Assembly: GCF_006345805.1 (NCBI RefSeq)
Contig: NW_021835658.1
Span: forward strand, 1-35,617
DNA from: Octopus sinensis
Taxonomy: Eukaryota
Reading direction: 5' to 3'
Length of the DNA stretch: 35,617 nt
In this document: positions 21,925 to 34,766 of the stretch, one piece after another
Position numbering within the stretch: the first letter of the stretch is position 1
Layout of the letters: each line of letters begins with the position of its first letter
The notes under the pieces: generated by a model
What the model was told of the DNA's origin: nothing
Seen by the model: the letters and a program-made list of their open reading frames with translations, nothing else
Database searches by the model: none
Program-made: the position numbers and the translations under genes

Positions 21925-22669
21925 CGATGATGTTATCGATTGAATCACGATTGTTAGCCATCGCCGCAATGGTATTGATGTTGTTGTTGTTGTTGTTGGC
22001 GGTGTTGGTGTGTTGGTGTCGGCGGGGCGAAGTCGCCATGTCTCTGAGAGAGTTCGACGTACAATTGGGGGTGGCAACTGTTGACGGCTAATAAGACGGT
22101 GGCGTTGATGGTTGTCGCGGTGGTGGTGGTGGTGGTGGTGGTGGTACTGATGGTCGTGGTTGTAGTGGTGGTGGTGGTGGTGGTGGTGGTGGTGGTGGTG
22201 GTAGTGATGGTCGTGGTTGTAGTAGTGGTGGTGGTGGTGGTGTTGGTGATGGTAGTGATGGTCGTGGTTGTAGTTGTGGTGATTGCAGTGGTGGTGGAGA
22301 TGGTCCTGGTGTTGTTGGTGGTGGTGATTGCGATGGTGGCAGTTGCGGCGGTGGTGGTCGTGGTGGTCGTCGTCGTCATGATGGTGATGGTGGGGTGAGG
22401 GTATCTGGTGTGATGGCGGTGATGTTGCTGGGAGTGGTGATGATGATGATGGTGGTATTGCGACGCTGGCTGTAGTGCTGCTGTTGTTAGCTGTGGCGGT
22501 GGCGGTGCAGATGTTGGTGGTGGTGGTGGTGGTGGTGGTGGTGGTAATAATTGTCGTTTTTTGTAGTTGTTGTGATAAGGATTGTAGCTGGTGGTGGTTG
22601 CGCTGGTTGTAGTGGTGTTGCTAATTTTAATGTAAGTGGTGCTGGTGGTGGTGGTGGTGGTGGTGGTGG

Positions 22670-22712
<43 letters not shown>

Positions 22713-23924
22713 AATGATGATGATGATGATGTTGATGATGATGATGGTGGTGGTGGTGGTGGTGGTGGTGGTGGTGGTGATGGTGGTGGAGCTTTTGATG
22801 GTGTTGCTGTTGTTGTTGTTGGGGATGGTGATGATGGTAGTGTGTATGTGGTGGTGGCGGTGCTGACTGTAGTGATGATGGTGGTGGTGGTGGTGGTGGT
22901 GGTGGAGATAAGCGTGAAGGTGTGATGTTGGGTTTAGACGTTGTGATGATGGTAGAAGTAATGGTGTTGCTGATTATGGCGGTGGCGGTGGTGGTGGTGG
23001 TGGTTGAGGTGATAAGGATTTATATTTGTTTGTGGTGGTTGCGTCGTGGCGGTGAAGGAAAATGGTGCGAGGTATTAGCAACGTCGATCGAAAACCTTAA
23101 GATGTAATAAAATTCGAAATTAACACTACAGACATTACGACAAACACCACCACCACCACCACCACCACCACCACCACCACCACCACCACCACCATCATCA
23201 CTGCAGTCATCACCACAGCAATCACCACCACCGCAACCACCACCACCACCACCAACACCACGACCATCACCACCATCACCAACACCACCACCACCACCAC
23301 CACCACCACCACCACACCACCATCACCGCAATCACCACCACCACCACCACCACCACCATCATCACTGCAGTCATCACCACAGCAATCACCACCACCGCAA
23401 CCACCACCACTACCACGACTGCAATTACCACCACCACCACCACTACCACAGCAATCACCACCACCACCGCAATCACCACTATCACCACCACCATCACGAC
23501 TGCAACCACCACCACCACCACCACCACCAACACCACGACCATCACGACCATCACCAACACCACCACCACCGCAACCACTACCACCGCAACCACCACCACC
23601 ACCACCACCATCGCAATCACCACCACTACGACCTCGTCCATCACTACTATCACCAACACCACCACTATCGCCAGCACAACCCGCACCGCTAGTACCATCA
23701 ACCCCCGACGCCTCCACCCCACCATTACAGCGACAAAATTTACAACATCAACCACAAGAACAACACGAAAAACTATATCAAACATATCAATAACACCACA
23801 ACCACCAACAACAACAACATCAGCTACAATAACAATAACGGCAGTAACAATTTCAGCAACAAAAAGGATTTTTAAAAATACAATATCGACAACAACTATA
23901 CTACTACTACTACTACTACTACTT

Positions 23925-23955
<31 letters not shown>

Positions 23956-23990
23956 AACTACTACTACTACTACTACTACTACTGCTACTA

Positions 23991-24043
<53 letters not shown>

Positions 24044-24952
24044 GCTTCTGCTGCTGCTGCTGCTGCAACTACTACTACTAGTATAATAAAATCTTCGCAA
24101 AACCCCCAAAAGACAAACAAAATAACAAAATAAAAAAAAAAAAACGACCAAAAAAGCGAAAAGCCAAAGAAAAAAAAAACAAAAGCCGATGTGAAGGTAA
24201 CCGGATTGGAGATCGAACTGGTTGCAAGAGCTGACGTAATGACATGGTGTTGAGCATTCATTGAAGCAATCACCTATGAATGGAAAGTCTTGTTATCTCC
24301 GTTGGAGAACAAGCAAGCGAAAATATGGCGGCGGCGGCGGGTGGTGGTGGTGGTGGGGAGGATGGTGGTGGAATGAGGGTGGTTGGGTGGAGGTGTTGTT
24401 TGCGGTTGTGGTGGTTGTGGTAGTGGTGGTTGGTGGTGGTGATTATGGTGGTGCTGGTAATGAAGGAGTCTGGGCAATCTGTGTAGGTTCGTTCGTAGTC
24501 TTTCCTTTTGTGTGGTGTGTGTGTGTGTGTGTTTTGTATTTTGAGATTGCGTGCAGCAGACAGAATAATGTTAAATGATGATGATGATGATGATGGTGAT
24601 GACGACGGTGATGACGACGGTGATGACGATGGTGGTGAAGTGGTGAAGGCGGTGGTGGTTGTGATAATGGTGATGATGATGACGATGATTCTAGTGAAAA
24701 TGGCGCTGATGATGATGATGATGATGATGAGGTAGTGAAGGCGGTGGCGGTTGTGATAATGGTGATGAGGATGATGATGATGAGATGATGATGATGATGA
24801 TGATGACGACGACGACGACGATGACGTTGGCAATGACGCTGATGGTAGTGATGACGGTGATGATGGCGACAATGGCGGTGATGATTGCTGTTGTTGTTGT
24901 CGTGGTGCTGATGATGTTCATAATGATAATAATAATAATAATGATGATGTTA

Positions 24953-24992
<40 letters not shown>

Positions 24993-25200
24993 CAATGATG
25001 ATGATGATGATGATGACGACGACGACGATGTTGATGATGATGATGATGATGATGATGATAATGATGATGTTGGCAGTAACGATGATGAATGTGTGGGCGG
25101 TATTGATCAAGACGATGATAATGTCGACGACGACGACGACGACGACGATGATGGTGATGATGATGATGATGGTGATGTTGGTGACGACAATGGCAGCGAT
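21560..25200. repeat. Large degenerate trinucleotide tract (GAT, GGT, GTT, CAC, CTA, GAC)
   Basis: Read directly from the sequence. It is the source of the poly-M/V/D/T/S ORFs in the ORF track. Confidence 0.95.
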
Positions 25201-25754
25201 AAAACTGAAAATTATAAACACACTCACGAGAGAGAAGCGTCTGGAAAATACATATATGTAATTATTATTCCCGTTCCCATTATCATTAGCGCATCTTTGT
25301 AAATTAACCTTCTCCGTACACATACGCACAGAGACAGACGCATACACAGACGCCACACACACACACCACTTACAAATAAGCACATATTCTCATTCATATA
25401 TATACATCTATTGACAGGTACACATAACCTATACATATGTATGTATATATATATATATATACATATGTACATATATGTATGGTGTGTGGTGTGTGTGTGT
25501 GTGTGTCTGTATAATATATATAATATATATTATATATATATATTATATATATATATATACTATATATATATATATATATATATCTATATATACTGCACTT
25601 AACCATACGCGAACACTCAGACGCTGACAGACTCAAACAAGCGCAGAGATGCCGACACATGCTTGCAGTTACACACGAGTACACATTCCTACAAAATTTA
25701 TGTATATGCACATACACCACACATACAACCCTACATACATACCATATTCATATA

Positions 25755-25802
<48 letters not shown>

Positions 25803-25881
25803 GAAGTTATGGCGGTGCCCAGCATGGCCACAGCTCGTGAGCTGAAACTAGATAAAATAAAAATAAAAAAATAAATAAATA

Positions 25882-26043
25882 AAGTACGTGGAACATTTAG
25901 GGGCTGCAATAAGGGTAGAGCACTTGCAGAAAACTGCATTGTTTTGAACAAGGTGCTCGAAAAATAAGAGGTGTCCCTTAGCTCACTGGTAGTGAACAGC
26001 TGGCACTGTAGTACATCTCCAGCGTTAGAAGCTGTGCAAAGGC

Positions 26044-26107
<64 letters not shown>

Positions 26108-26135
26108 TAATATAATAATATAATAATAATAATAA
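25882..26135 (+). mobile_element. Extreme 3' end of an R4/Dong-type non-LTR retrotransposon with a (TAA)n tail
   Basis: Reads KYVEHLGAAIRVEHLQKTAL, with a 3' UTR ending gaagctgtgcaaaggc and then (AAT)n. It is a close relative of 29664-29990. Confidence 0.8.
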
Positions 26136-26139
26136 TAAT

Positions 26140-26465
26140 AATTATTCTTTGGGGTTTGAATAATTCACCTCTGGAAACATGGGTGTTTTTTTCAACATCC
26201 TTAAACAACCCTTATTCAGGGATCGTTTGAGCAGGATGGGTTACTCAACCTGAAGAAAATTCGAACTGGGCCCCACCTGCAAGGTCATGTGCTGTTTATC
26301 TTGATATGAGATCACCATGTCGCGCACATATGGTTGTGATGCATGTGCCTGGTGTACCCTTATCAGACGGGTAGTTATGATGGGTATATTGGGCTTCGTA
26401 TATTTTACCCCAGTGTCACTTTGATGGCATGAACTGCTCTCTCACTCAATAATAATAATAATAAT
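26140..26465 (+). mobile_element. Unclassified retroposon-like segment ending in (AAT)n
   Basis: Complex sequence lying between two (TAA)n tracts and ending ctctctcactcaataataataat. The family was not identified. Confidence 0.35.
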
Positions 26466-26612
26466 AATGATGATGTTGATGATGATAATGTTGATGATGA
26501 TGATGATGATGATGAGGGGAGGAGGAGGAGGAGGAGGATAATGAAGTCGATGTTTATGATGGTGATGCTGATGACGTGATGGCTATTATTAATAATATCA
26601 TTACAGTTTTAG

Positions 26613-26815
26613 AGGCGGTGAGCTGGCAGAGTCGTTAGCATGGCTGACAAAACGTTTAGTGGTTTTTTTGTCTGTCTTTACGTTCAAATTCCGCCGAGGT
26701 CGACATTACCTTTCATTCTTCCGTGGTCGATAAATTTCCAGTTGAACACTGAGTTGGATGTAATCGACTTACACTCTGCCCGTTCGCAGGGTCTAACCAA
26801 ATTTGGATATTTCGC
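26613..26815 (+). mobile_element. SINE family B, older copy
   Basis: aggcggtgagctggcagagtcgttagc...ttcaaattccgccgaggtcgac...ctttcattcttccgtggtcgataaa. Confidence 0.8.
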
Positions 26816-27002
26816 CTGGTAACTTATTTTATTTGCTTAAAAAATTTAAAACCTAGGTATAAACGTAAAAGTTCTTATTTTTCATTCCCTACGAAATTGC
26901 ACTTAAATGTAGTTTTGGTCGTTTTGACTGCTTCTTCAGGCGTGTAAAATTACCTGTTAAAATGTAGTTTCTTTTGTGTGTAAAAGTACACTATATATAT
27001 AT

Positions 27003-27995
27003 ACTACTAATATAGGATGAAGTTTTTTACAAAAAAAAAAGTTCCATCAAAAAGTGTGGCAGCATATTAAAATACCTTTAAGGTTAAAATTATAAGCAAC
27101 TTATAAATAAGGGCTAAAGAAAATTATTTCTATGCCAATATGCTGATAACAGACTTTTAAATCGTCAATTTCCACATATTATTTACTCGCTACAGAAAAA
27201 ACACGAACAACTGAAATCGGGGAAGCCGGCCGATAGAAATTTAAAAAAAAGTTCGTTATTTCTATATTGAATCAATTTCGGAATTAATCTCATAAAAGAT
27301 TCTTTCCTCTTCAGTAGAACATACGAAAGGATATAAATAAGATACTTACATGCGCCCATGGGAAAAAGCCGAAGCAAAACTCATGAGTACATATAAGTAC
27401 CCCAGATATATCTAAAAATAAAATTCTTTGGTCAGCCTCAGCTCAACATGTTGACTGTTCTCCACTACAGGTTATAGTGGTTACCAGTCTCTATAGCGAG
27501 TAGTAATAAGTCTACTACTAATATAGGATGAAGTTTTTTTACAGCAAAAAAATTCCATCAAAAAATGTGGCAGCATATTAAAATACCTTTACGGTTAAAA
27601 TTATAAAAAACTTATAAATAAGGGCTAAAGAAATCTATTTCTATGCCAATATGCTGATAACAGACTTTTAAATCGTCAATTTCCACATATTATTTACTCG
27701 CTACAGATAACACGTAGAGCTGAAAACGAGGGAAGCTGGGCGATAGAATTTTTTAAAAAGTTCGTTATTTCTATATTGAATCAATTTCGGAATTAATCTC
27801 AAAATTTATTTTTTCCTCTTCAGTAGAACATACGAAAGGATATAAATAAGATACTTACATGCGCCCATGGAAAAAAGACGAAGCAAAAATCATGAGTACA
27901 TATAAGTACCCAACCCCAGATAGATCTGAAAATATTTTATCTTTATCAGCATATTGGCATAGAAATAATTTTCTTTAGCCCTAATTTATAAGTTG
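27003..27995 (+). repeat. Two diverged ~410-bp direct copies (27003-27415, 27511-27930) plus an inverted ~60-bp piece; possibly Helitron-derived
   Basis: Both copies begin (tc/ta)tactactaatataggatgaag and align throughout. 27935-27995 is the reverse complement of ~27095-27150. The TC-start, AT-rich 5' end is Helitron-like, but no CTAG 3' end was found. Confidence 0.6.
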
Positions 27996-28002
27996 TATGT
28001 AT

Positions 28003-28096
<94 letters not shown>

Positions 28097-28189
28097 ACAC
28101 GACCGAAGAAGTAGCTATATCCGCAACTTACAATATAAAACAAAACCAGAAACTGTATAACTATAACATGTGCCAAACAAGATACATGA

Positions 28190-28590
28190 CAACGACCAGG
28201 GCACAATCATCTGGTATATGCTTGTTCAAACTGATAGAGAAATGAAGGCGAATCGCTCAGACATTGTCATCAAGGATTGGGGCGGGGAAGCACATGCTTC
28301 GTAAAAGATATTGCAGACACATCGGTTCACAATATGGCACAAAAATATATGGAGAAACCGTCAAAATGCAAAGATATCGAAATTAAAATATTCAAGGTTT
28401 AGGGCATGAAAGTATAAACAATACCAGTAATAATTGGAACAATTCGTATGATAAAAAAGACCCTCCAAACACGTAAGAACAAAAACGTAGAAGTTACACT
28501 TGGAGCCTCAACACTAGAAGCTATCCCCAAACTAACCCTACTTGGAACGGCATCAATACAACAGCACAGTCCAAATAAAATAATTCACAA
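28190..28590 (+). pseudogene. Degraded C-terminal restriction-like endonuclease fragment of an R4-type non-LTR element
   Basis: Reads IIWYMLVQTDREMKANRSDIVIKD (a TD..NRPDIV-like motif), KCKDIEIKI, TIPVIIG and KLTLLGTASI. Confidence 0.7.
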
Positions 28591-28934
28591 ATACGAGACA
28601 CAGTCTGTATAGTAAGTATCAAATAAAGGAAACAAGTCACACCGTGTGTACCACACTGAGGCCCAAGAGAAGAGCACAACTCGCATTGCACTTACAACAC
28701 TCAGTACGAAGAGTAATAAAATAAAAGACTGAAGCCAAGCCAAGAAACAAAGCGAGCTGATGCAATGCAGTAACAGAAGATTCTGTATTCTCCCAACACC
28801 GACAAAGACAAGAATACACAATACAGCGCGCACACACCTCGGTAAGACGGAGGTGTACCAGGTAATGCCACAAAAAAATTTGCCTGAAACTATCGAATAA
28901 TGACAACAATAACAACAACAAAAACAATAATAAT

Positions 28935-29316
28935 TACGGCTTCAAATTTTGCCAAAAGGGCAGAAACTGTGGAGGAGGGGATCCCAGTTTGTAACTGGTA
29001 CTTATTTTTTTTCGTCCTTGAAAGGATGAAAGGCAAAGTCAACCTCGGCGGAACTTGAACTCAGAGAATGCATCGACGGGCGAAATACCTATTTCTTTAC
29101 TACCCACAAGGGGCTAAACACAGAGGGAACAAACAAGGACAGACAAACGGATTAAGTGGATTACATCGACCCCAGTGCGTAACTGGTCCTTAATTTATCG
29201 AACCCGAAAGGATGAAAGGCAAAGACGAACTCGGTGAAATTTGATCTCAGAACGTAACGGCAGACGAAATACGCATTTCGCCCGGCGTGCTAACGTTTCT
29301 GCCAGCTCGCCGCCTT
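28935..29316 (-). mobile_element. SINE family B with a second, older body joined in tandem
   Basis: The full copy at 29316-~29085 ends ...aaagaaataggtatttcg and runs directly into a second ctgagttcaagttccgccgaggttgactttgcctttcatcc body. Confidence 0.85.
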
Positions 29317-29337
29317 AATATAATAATAATAATAATA

Positions 29338-29390
<53 letters not shown>

Positions 29391-29406
29391 AATAATGATA
29401 ATAATG

Positions 29407-29439
<33 letters not shown>

Positions 29440-29607
29440 TAATTAATAATAATAATAATAATAGTAATGATAATAATAATGATAATGATAATAATGATCA
29501 TAATAATGATAAAAATAATAAAAATAATAATAATAATAATAATATTAATGATAATAATAATGATAATGATAATAATGATAATAATAATAATAATAATAAT
29601 AATACTA

Positions 29608-29644
<37 letters not shown>

Positions 29645-29663
29645 TAATAATAATGAATAATAC
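29317..29663. repeat. (TAA/TGA)n microsatellite
   Basis: Read directly from the sequence. Confidence 0.95.
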
Positions 29664-29990
29664 TGATAAGGAAGAAAGAAAAGTCGAGAGATAGGACAGG
29701 TTAGCTTGGGAAGTTAAGCAGTTGTGGTCGATGAAAAAGGTAGCAGTAATACCAATAATTGTCGGAGCCCTAGGAACAGTAAACAAAAATCTCGAGAAGT
29801 ACGTGGAACAAATAGGGGCTGCAATAAGGGTGGAGCACTTGCAGAAAACAGCACTGCTTGGAACCGCTCAAATAGTCCGGAAGGTGCTCGAAAAATAAGA
29901 AGTGTTACCTTAGTTCACTGGTAGTGAACAGCTGACACCGTAGTACATCTCCAGCGTTAGAAGCTGTGCAAAGGCAATAAATAATAATAC
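29664..29990 (+). mobile_element. 5'-truncated R4/Dong-type non-LTR retrotransposon 3' end
   Basis: Reads KEERKVER*DRLAWEVKQLWSMKKVAVIPIIVGALGTVNKNLEKYVEQIGAAIRVEHLQKTALLGTAQIVRKVLEK*, the typical RLE-clade C-terminus. It has a short 3' UTR and TAA repeats on both sides. Confidence 0.9.
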
Positions 29991-30518
29991 TGCAACTTCA
30001 ATTTCATCGACTACCCCGCAACCCCAAAACAACCGGCAGCCAGCCTTGACCTCGGCATAATTCGAACACACATATGTACCAGACATTTTGTCTGGCGCCC
30101 TAAGAATATATCTGTAAATATTACCTGAAAAATATGCAAAATAGTACAAGGATGCTAGAATACATATACAGATATATACACATGTTGATATACAGACACA
30201 CACACAGACTACTCATACATGTGTACATATTTGTTAATACGCACATACGTTTGTACACGCACACTCATATTTGCTAAGAAACACCCACCTTTTTATGTAT
30301 ACGTACACAAACCCATACATTTACATATACTCATACACTTATACAAACACATATATGATAATATACATACGTTATATATGCATATATATATATATACATA
30401 TAATATATATATTTATATTTATATGGGTATATATATGTGTATATATTTATATGGGTACACATATATATATATATATATATGTATATACAGACACACACAC
30501 ACAATCACCCACATACGT

Positions 30519-30563
<45 letters not shown>

Positions 30564-31514
30564 TATATATAATATATATATATATATATATAAACGTAAA
30601 TAGAGAGATTAAAAACACTCGCAGCAGAAATAAAGACAAAAAAAATGGAAACCACATCAGAAAAGAACCTCCAAAGAAAAAAAGAACCAAAAAAAAAAAC
30701 GAAAGACAGACAAAAAGAAACTAGAAAGTAAAAACGAAAAACCGAAACAAAAGGAAGAAAAAGAAATGTAAAGGAGCGACAAGAAAGCAAGGAAAAGTGA
30801 GAAAGAAAAGCAAGAAAGAAAGAAAAGAAGGATTGAATGTAAGAAAGAAAGAATGTAAGAAATGGTTGTTTATACTAAGACGCGTCCATTTTGAAACATA
30901 TGTCTTATGTATTATTTGATGTTAACTAAGTTGTTGTTACAATACTTCACATGTTTAAATAGATGTTTAGAGCAAGAAGGTTAGATTTTATCATAACAAT
31001 TTCAGTTCGATTAATGCGGTTGTTGTTTTTGCTCTTGGACTCGTCGTCGCTCTAACACTGGTACTTGTTGTTGTTGTTGTTGTTGTTGTTAGTGGTTGGA
31101 GTTAGTTTTGTAGCTGTTGAAGCGTTGTTATGTGCTTCTGTTGTTATTCTTGTTGTTGTAGTTGTAGCCTCTGTTGTTGTTGTTGTTGCTGTTGTTGTTG
31201 TTGTGTTTTGTAAATGCTAACTTGTTTGTAAAAATGTCCACTCAGCATGAGAGCGTAATAGTTTTCGCTGTTGTTCTTGATGTTGGGAAGAGAGCGGAAA
31301 GAGAAAACACAGGCCAAGTAGATAATGTTGCATGAAGGGAGAAAAACCAGTTCAACAGGGGTTAGCGGTGCGGATCTTGTCAGGGACAGCGTATTGCGTT
31401 ATTCCTTTTCCCTTGACGCTAAAAAATGGTACACAGGTAAAACAAGGCAATATAAAAATTTGCTAATTTTTGCGCAAAGCTACCCAGCCATGGGAACTTA
31501 TATACATAAGTATA

Positions 31515-31964
31515 CGTAGGAGTGGCTGTGTGGTAAGTAGCTTGCTTACGAATCTCATGGTTCCGGGTTCAGTCCCACCTCGTGGCACCTTGGGCAAGTG
31601 TCTTCTACTATAGCCCGAGGCCGACCAAATCCTTGTGAGTGGATTTGGTAGACGGAAACTGAAAGAAGCCCGTTGTATATATGTGTGTATATATATGTAT
31701 GTGTGTGTATATGTTTGTGTGTCAGTGTTTGTCCCCCCAACCTCGCTTGACAACTGATGCTGGTGTGTTTACGTCCCCGTAATTTGGCGGTTCGGCAAAA
31801 GAGACCGATAGAATAAGTACTAGGCTTAGAAAGAATGAGTCCTGGGGTCGATTTGCTCGACTAAAGGCGGTGCTCCAGCATGGCTACAGTGACATGACTA
31901 AAAAAAGTAAAAGAGTAAAGAGTAAATAATAAAGAGTAAAGAGTTAAGAATAAAGAGTAAAGAG
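31515..31964 (+). mobile_element. Full-length SINE family A (tRNA head plus CORE-like domain; octopus OR2-like, inferred)
   Basis: Has the A box tggctgtgtgg, the B box ggttcagtccc, the MIR-core-like gtggcaccttgggcaagtgtctt, an internal (TA/TG)n, and an (AAAGAGT)n tail. Confidence 0.9.
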
Positions 31965-32290
31965 TATACATACGCAATATATATGTACCTGGTGTGTGTG
32001 TGTGTGTATAACAACAAATGGATAATGTGTCAATCCAGTGATTGACACATTATTCGTCTGTTGTTATTGATTTATTTATTATTCAGCTCACTCGGAACCT
32101 GCCAATCTATCTACGCGCGCGCGCATATATATGTATATATATATTTGTGTGTTCGTATGTGTGTGTGTGTTTGTGTATCTGTGGGTATGTATATCTGTAT
32201 ACGAAAAAATGAAAATAACACTGTCATCTCATTTTAAAGGATATATTTACCAAAATTACATAAAAATATCTTGAAATAAAAGGAGTAAAT

Positions 32291-33225
32291 TTATTCAATA
32301 AAATCGCCATTGACTTCAACCATGGCCTGCAGACAACTTCTGAATCTCTTGACATTCTTCTTGGTGGTCTCCATCTTTTAGTTGGTGAATGCTGCCATAA
32401 TCCTTGCCTTTAGTTCATCTTTGGTGTCACAAAGAATTTTGTTGATCTCTCGCTCAACTTCGCCCCACATATAATAATCAAGGGGGTTGCAGTCTGGGAA
32501 GTTAGGTGGCCAGATGTTAGGTGGTGATGTGGTCACAAAAATTGTCTGACAGCCATGACTGGGTTCTCCTGCTTGTGTGACTTGGTGCAGAACCCTGTTG
32601 CCAGATATAGGGCCTTCCAGCAGCCACCCTCTTGACTCAGGGCAGCACTATTTCCTCCAGGTACTTGATATAGGCCTTTGTGTTGAGTCTGAAGTTGTGT
32701 GGGAAGATGAATGGAGGCATAACGTCGCCATCACTGGTCATCACTCTAAATACCATGATGTTGACTGGATATTTTATTTTTATCACTACATGTATTGGGG
32801 ACAAGGCAAGGAACGGTTGCTCTGTGTGTTCACCATCTTAAATTTTTCGATTCTGTGTGTTCACCATCTTAAATTTTTCGATTCTGTGTGTTCACCATCT
32901 TAAATTTTTCGATTTTGTGTGTTCACCATCTTAAATTTTTCGATTCTGTGTGTTCACCATCTGAATTTTTCACGTCTGAGAAAAACCAAAGCATTTTCGG
33001 TTGGAAGGGTTGCTTGCGTTTGTTCAGAAACTTCGTAGCGAGAGCTTTTCTCTGGCCTTTGATGGCTTGGGATAAAAATTGGCCCTTTCTCATCTTGTAG
33101 GAAGAATGCCGAATATCTTCGGGCACTATCTGACTGACAGAAACTCAGACACTTCCACCTCCCTGTCGATGGACCGGATTGACTTGGAGGGATAGTTGTA
33201 AATCGTGGCCTGGATCTCACCAACA
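32291..33225 (-). pseudogene. Degraded mariner-like DD37D (maT) transposase, 5'-truncated
   Basis: Reads LWFFSDVKN; NIMVFRVMTSDGDVMPPFIF; WQQ(G)SAPSH; NIWPPNFPDCNPLDYYMWG. There are 37 residues between the second catalytic position (mutated to G) and the last D after correcting one frameshift. The stop is at 32291-32293. Confidence 0.9.
32822..32970. repeat. 31-bp minisatellite, 4 full copies plus 1 partial, inside the transposase
   Basis: The unit ctgtgtgttcaccatcttaaatttttcgatt starts at 32822, 32853, 32884, 32915 and 32946. Confidence 0.95.
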
Positions 33226-33264
33226 AATTAAGGAGTTCTTTTCTTATCAGAACGATCAGAAAGA

Positions 33265-33380
33265 GTAAGCCTAGTACTTATTCTATCGGTCCTTTCGATG
33301 AACCGCTAAGTTACGGTCGTAAAAACATCAACATCGGTTGTCAAACGATAGTGGGGGTGGAACAAAAACAGACACACAAA
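33265..33380 (-). mobile_element. SINE family A fragment
   Basis: aagcctagtacttattctatcggtc...gaaccgctaagttacgg...catcggttgtcaa. Confidence 0.75.
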
Positions 33381-33729
33381 TGTATATTATATATATATAT
33401 ATTTATATATATATATAGATATACAACAAATTAAGGAACGGCCATAATAGGCCGTTCAACCCACTAGAAATAACAGCCAAGGCTTCAACCGCAAAATAGT
33501 ATGTTGTTGAATTTATTAATAGTCTCTGACTATTTCCTTTTTCTCACTAGACCGTTGGTGGCAAAATAATTTCTGCTGAATTTTTTGCTACCCTATATTG
33601 ATTAATTATATATAGATATATATATATAGAACCGAGTAAACACATAAATGTGAAACAAGGTGGAAAAAAAGAGTACTCAAATACCAGGGGTAGAGTAATA
33701 TGCTTTATTCAAAAGCAGCAGAAATTCAA

Positions 33730-33778
33730 CAAAACCTGTTACTCGGAGTTTCACGTTCCCGTTCGTCGGACAGTTTTG
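33730..33778 (-). ncRNA. Hammerhead motif with variant core CCGACGA (inverted arm)
   Basis: Reverse complement reads caaaaCTGT-CCGACGA-ACG ggaa CGT-GAAA-CTC c GAG-TA-ACAGgttttg. Confidence 0.65.
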
Positions 33779-34717
33779 TTAAAATAGAACTGATATGACA
33801 ATTCTATCAAGACTAGTATAAACGTTACACCTTTAAAAATTGACTTGTATTTGTAAGCATACGTCTATGTATATGTATAAGTGAGCGTATGTTTGTACTT
33901 AAGCACATACATACATGAATGTATGTGTATGCATGTATCCACTTGGACTTGTGTGTTTGCGTACTTGTCACTTTATATGTGTCCGTATGTGCGTATTTAC
34001 TGCTTACATAATATGTATACAAACATTCGTCGCGTATAGTCAGAATGTTATTATATTTTCTTTCTTCCTTTTCTTTTTTCCTTTTCTCTTTTTCTTTTTT
34101 CTCTCTCTTCTTTTCTTTCGTTTTTTTCTCTCCCTATCCATTACTTGTATAGAGCCATGTAACTTTACGTCCCCCTCCCCCTCCCTTACTTACGTCTTTA
34201 GCTTTCTGTTGCATACAAGAGCGCCCTTTCCCCGTCCATGAATTTTGCTTATAGTCTATATGGATACAAGTGATTTTTGCATTCGAGCTAGATTGCGTAT
34301 ACATATGTGTACATGCATTTGTGTGTATATTTTCGTTTTGCATTTATATGTCTCTATATGTATGTGGTCTGCGCCCATTTATCTGTGTATGTTGATGTAT
34401 ATATGTATATTAATAGTTTAGTATGACTATGTAATGTTGTGAAATATTTTAATACATTTTAATATTTTAATTTCAATTTCTATGTATTAATTATATTTTC
34501 TTTATTAATGACAATATGTATTTTAACCAAAGATTCGATGTAAGGTTTTTTTCCTCGACTTTTATATTTTAATATTTTTTATATTTTATATTGAACTCAT
34601 TTTTGTTTATCGCTCGCACATGACCGTTATTTGAAAGGACCAATCAAACAAGTCCATTTTTAAAGGTGTAACATTTATACTAGTCTTGATAGAATTGTCA
34701 TATCGGTTCTATTTTAA

Positions 34718-34766
34718 CAAAACAGTCCGACGAACGGGAACGTGAAACTCCGAGTAACAGGTTTTG
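34718..34766 (+). ncRNA. Hammerhead motif with variant core CCGACGA (sense arm)
   Basis: caaaacagt-CCGACGA-ACG ggaa CGT-GAAA-CTC c GAG-TA-ACAGgttttg. It has one extra substitution in stem I. Confidence 0.6.

Noticed and set aside
21638-25383. Long poly-Thr/Val/Met/Asp/Ser ORFs resembling mucins or acidic matrix proteins
   Set aside because: They are open in several frames on both strands, as expected for stop-poor triplet repeats. There is no signal peptide, splice context or unique domain.
31515-31600. tRNA genes at the A/B-box-containing heads (also 7350-7427, 8004-8090)
   Set aside because: No complete cloverleaf or acceptor stem; each head continues into a multicopy SINE body.
32822-32970. 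Regularly spaced 31-bp repeats as a CRISPR-like array
   Set aside because: The units are contiguous with no spacers, lie inside a eukaryotic transposase, and no cas genes are present.
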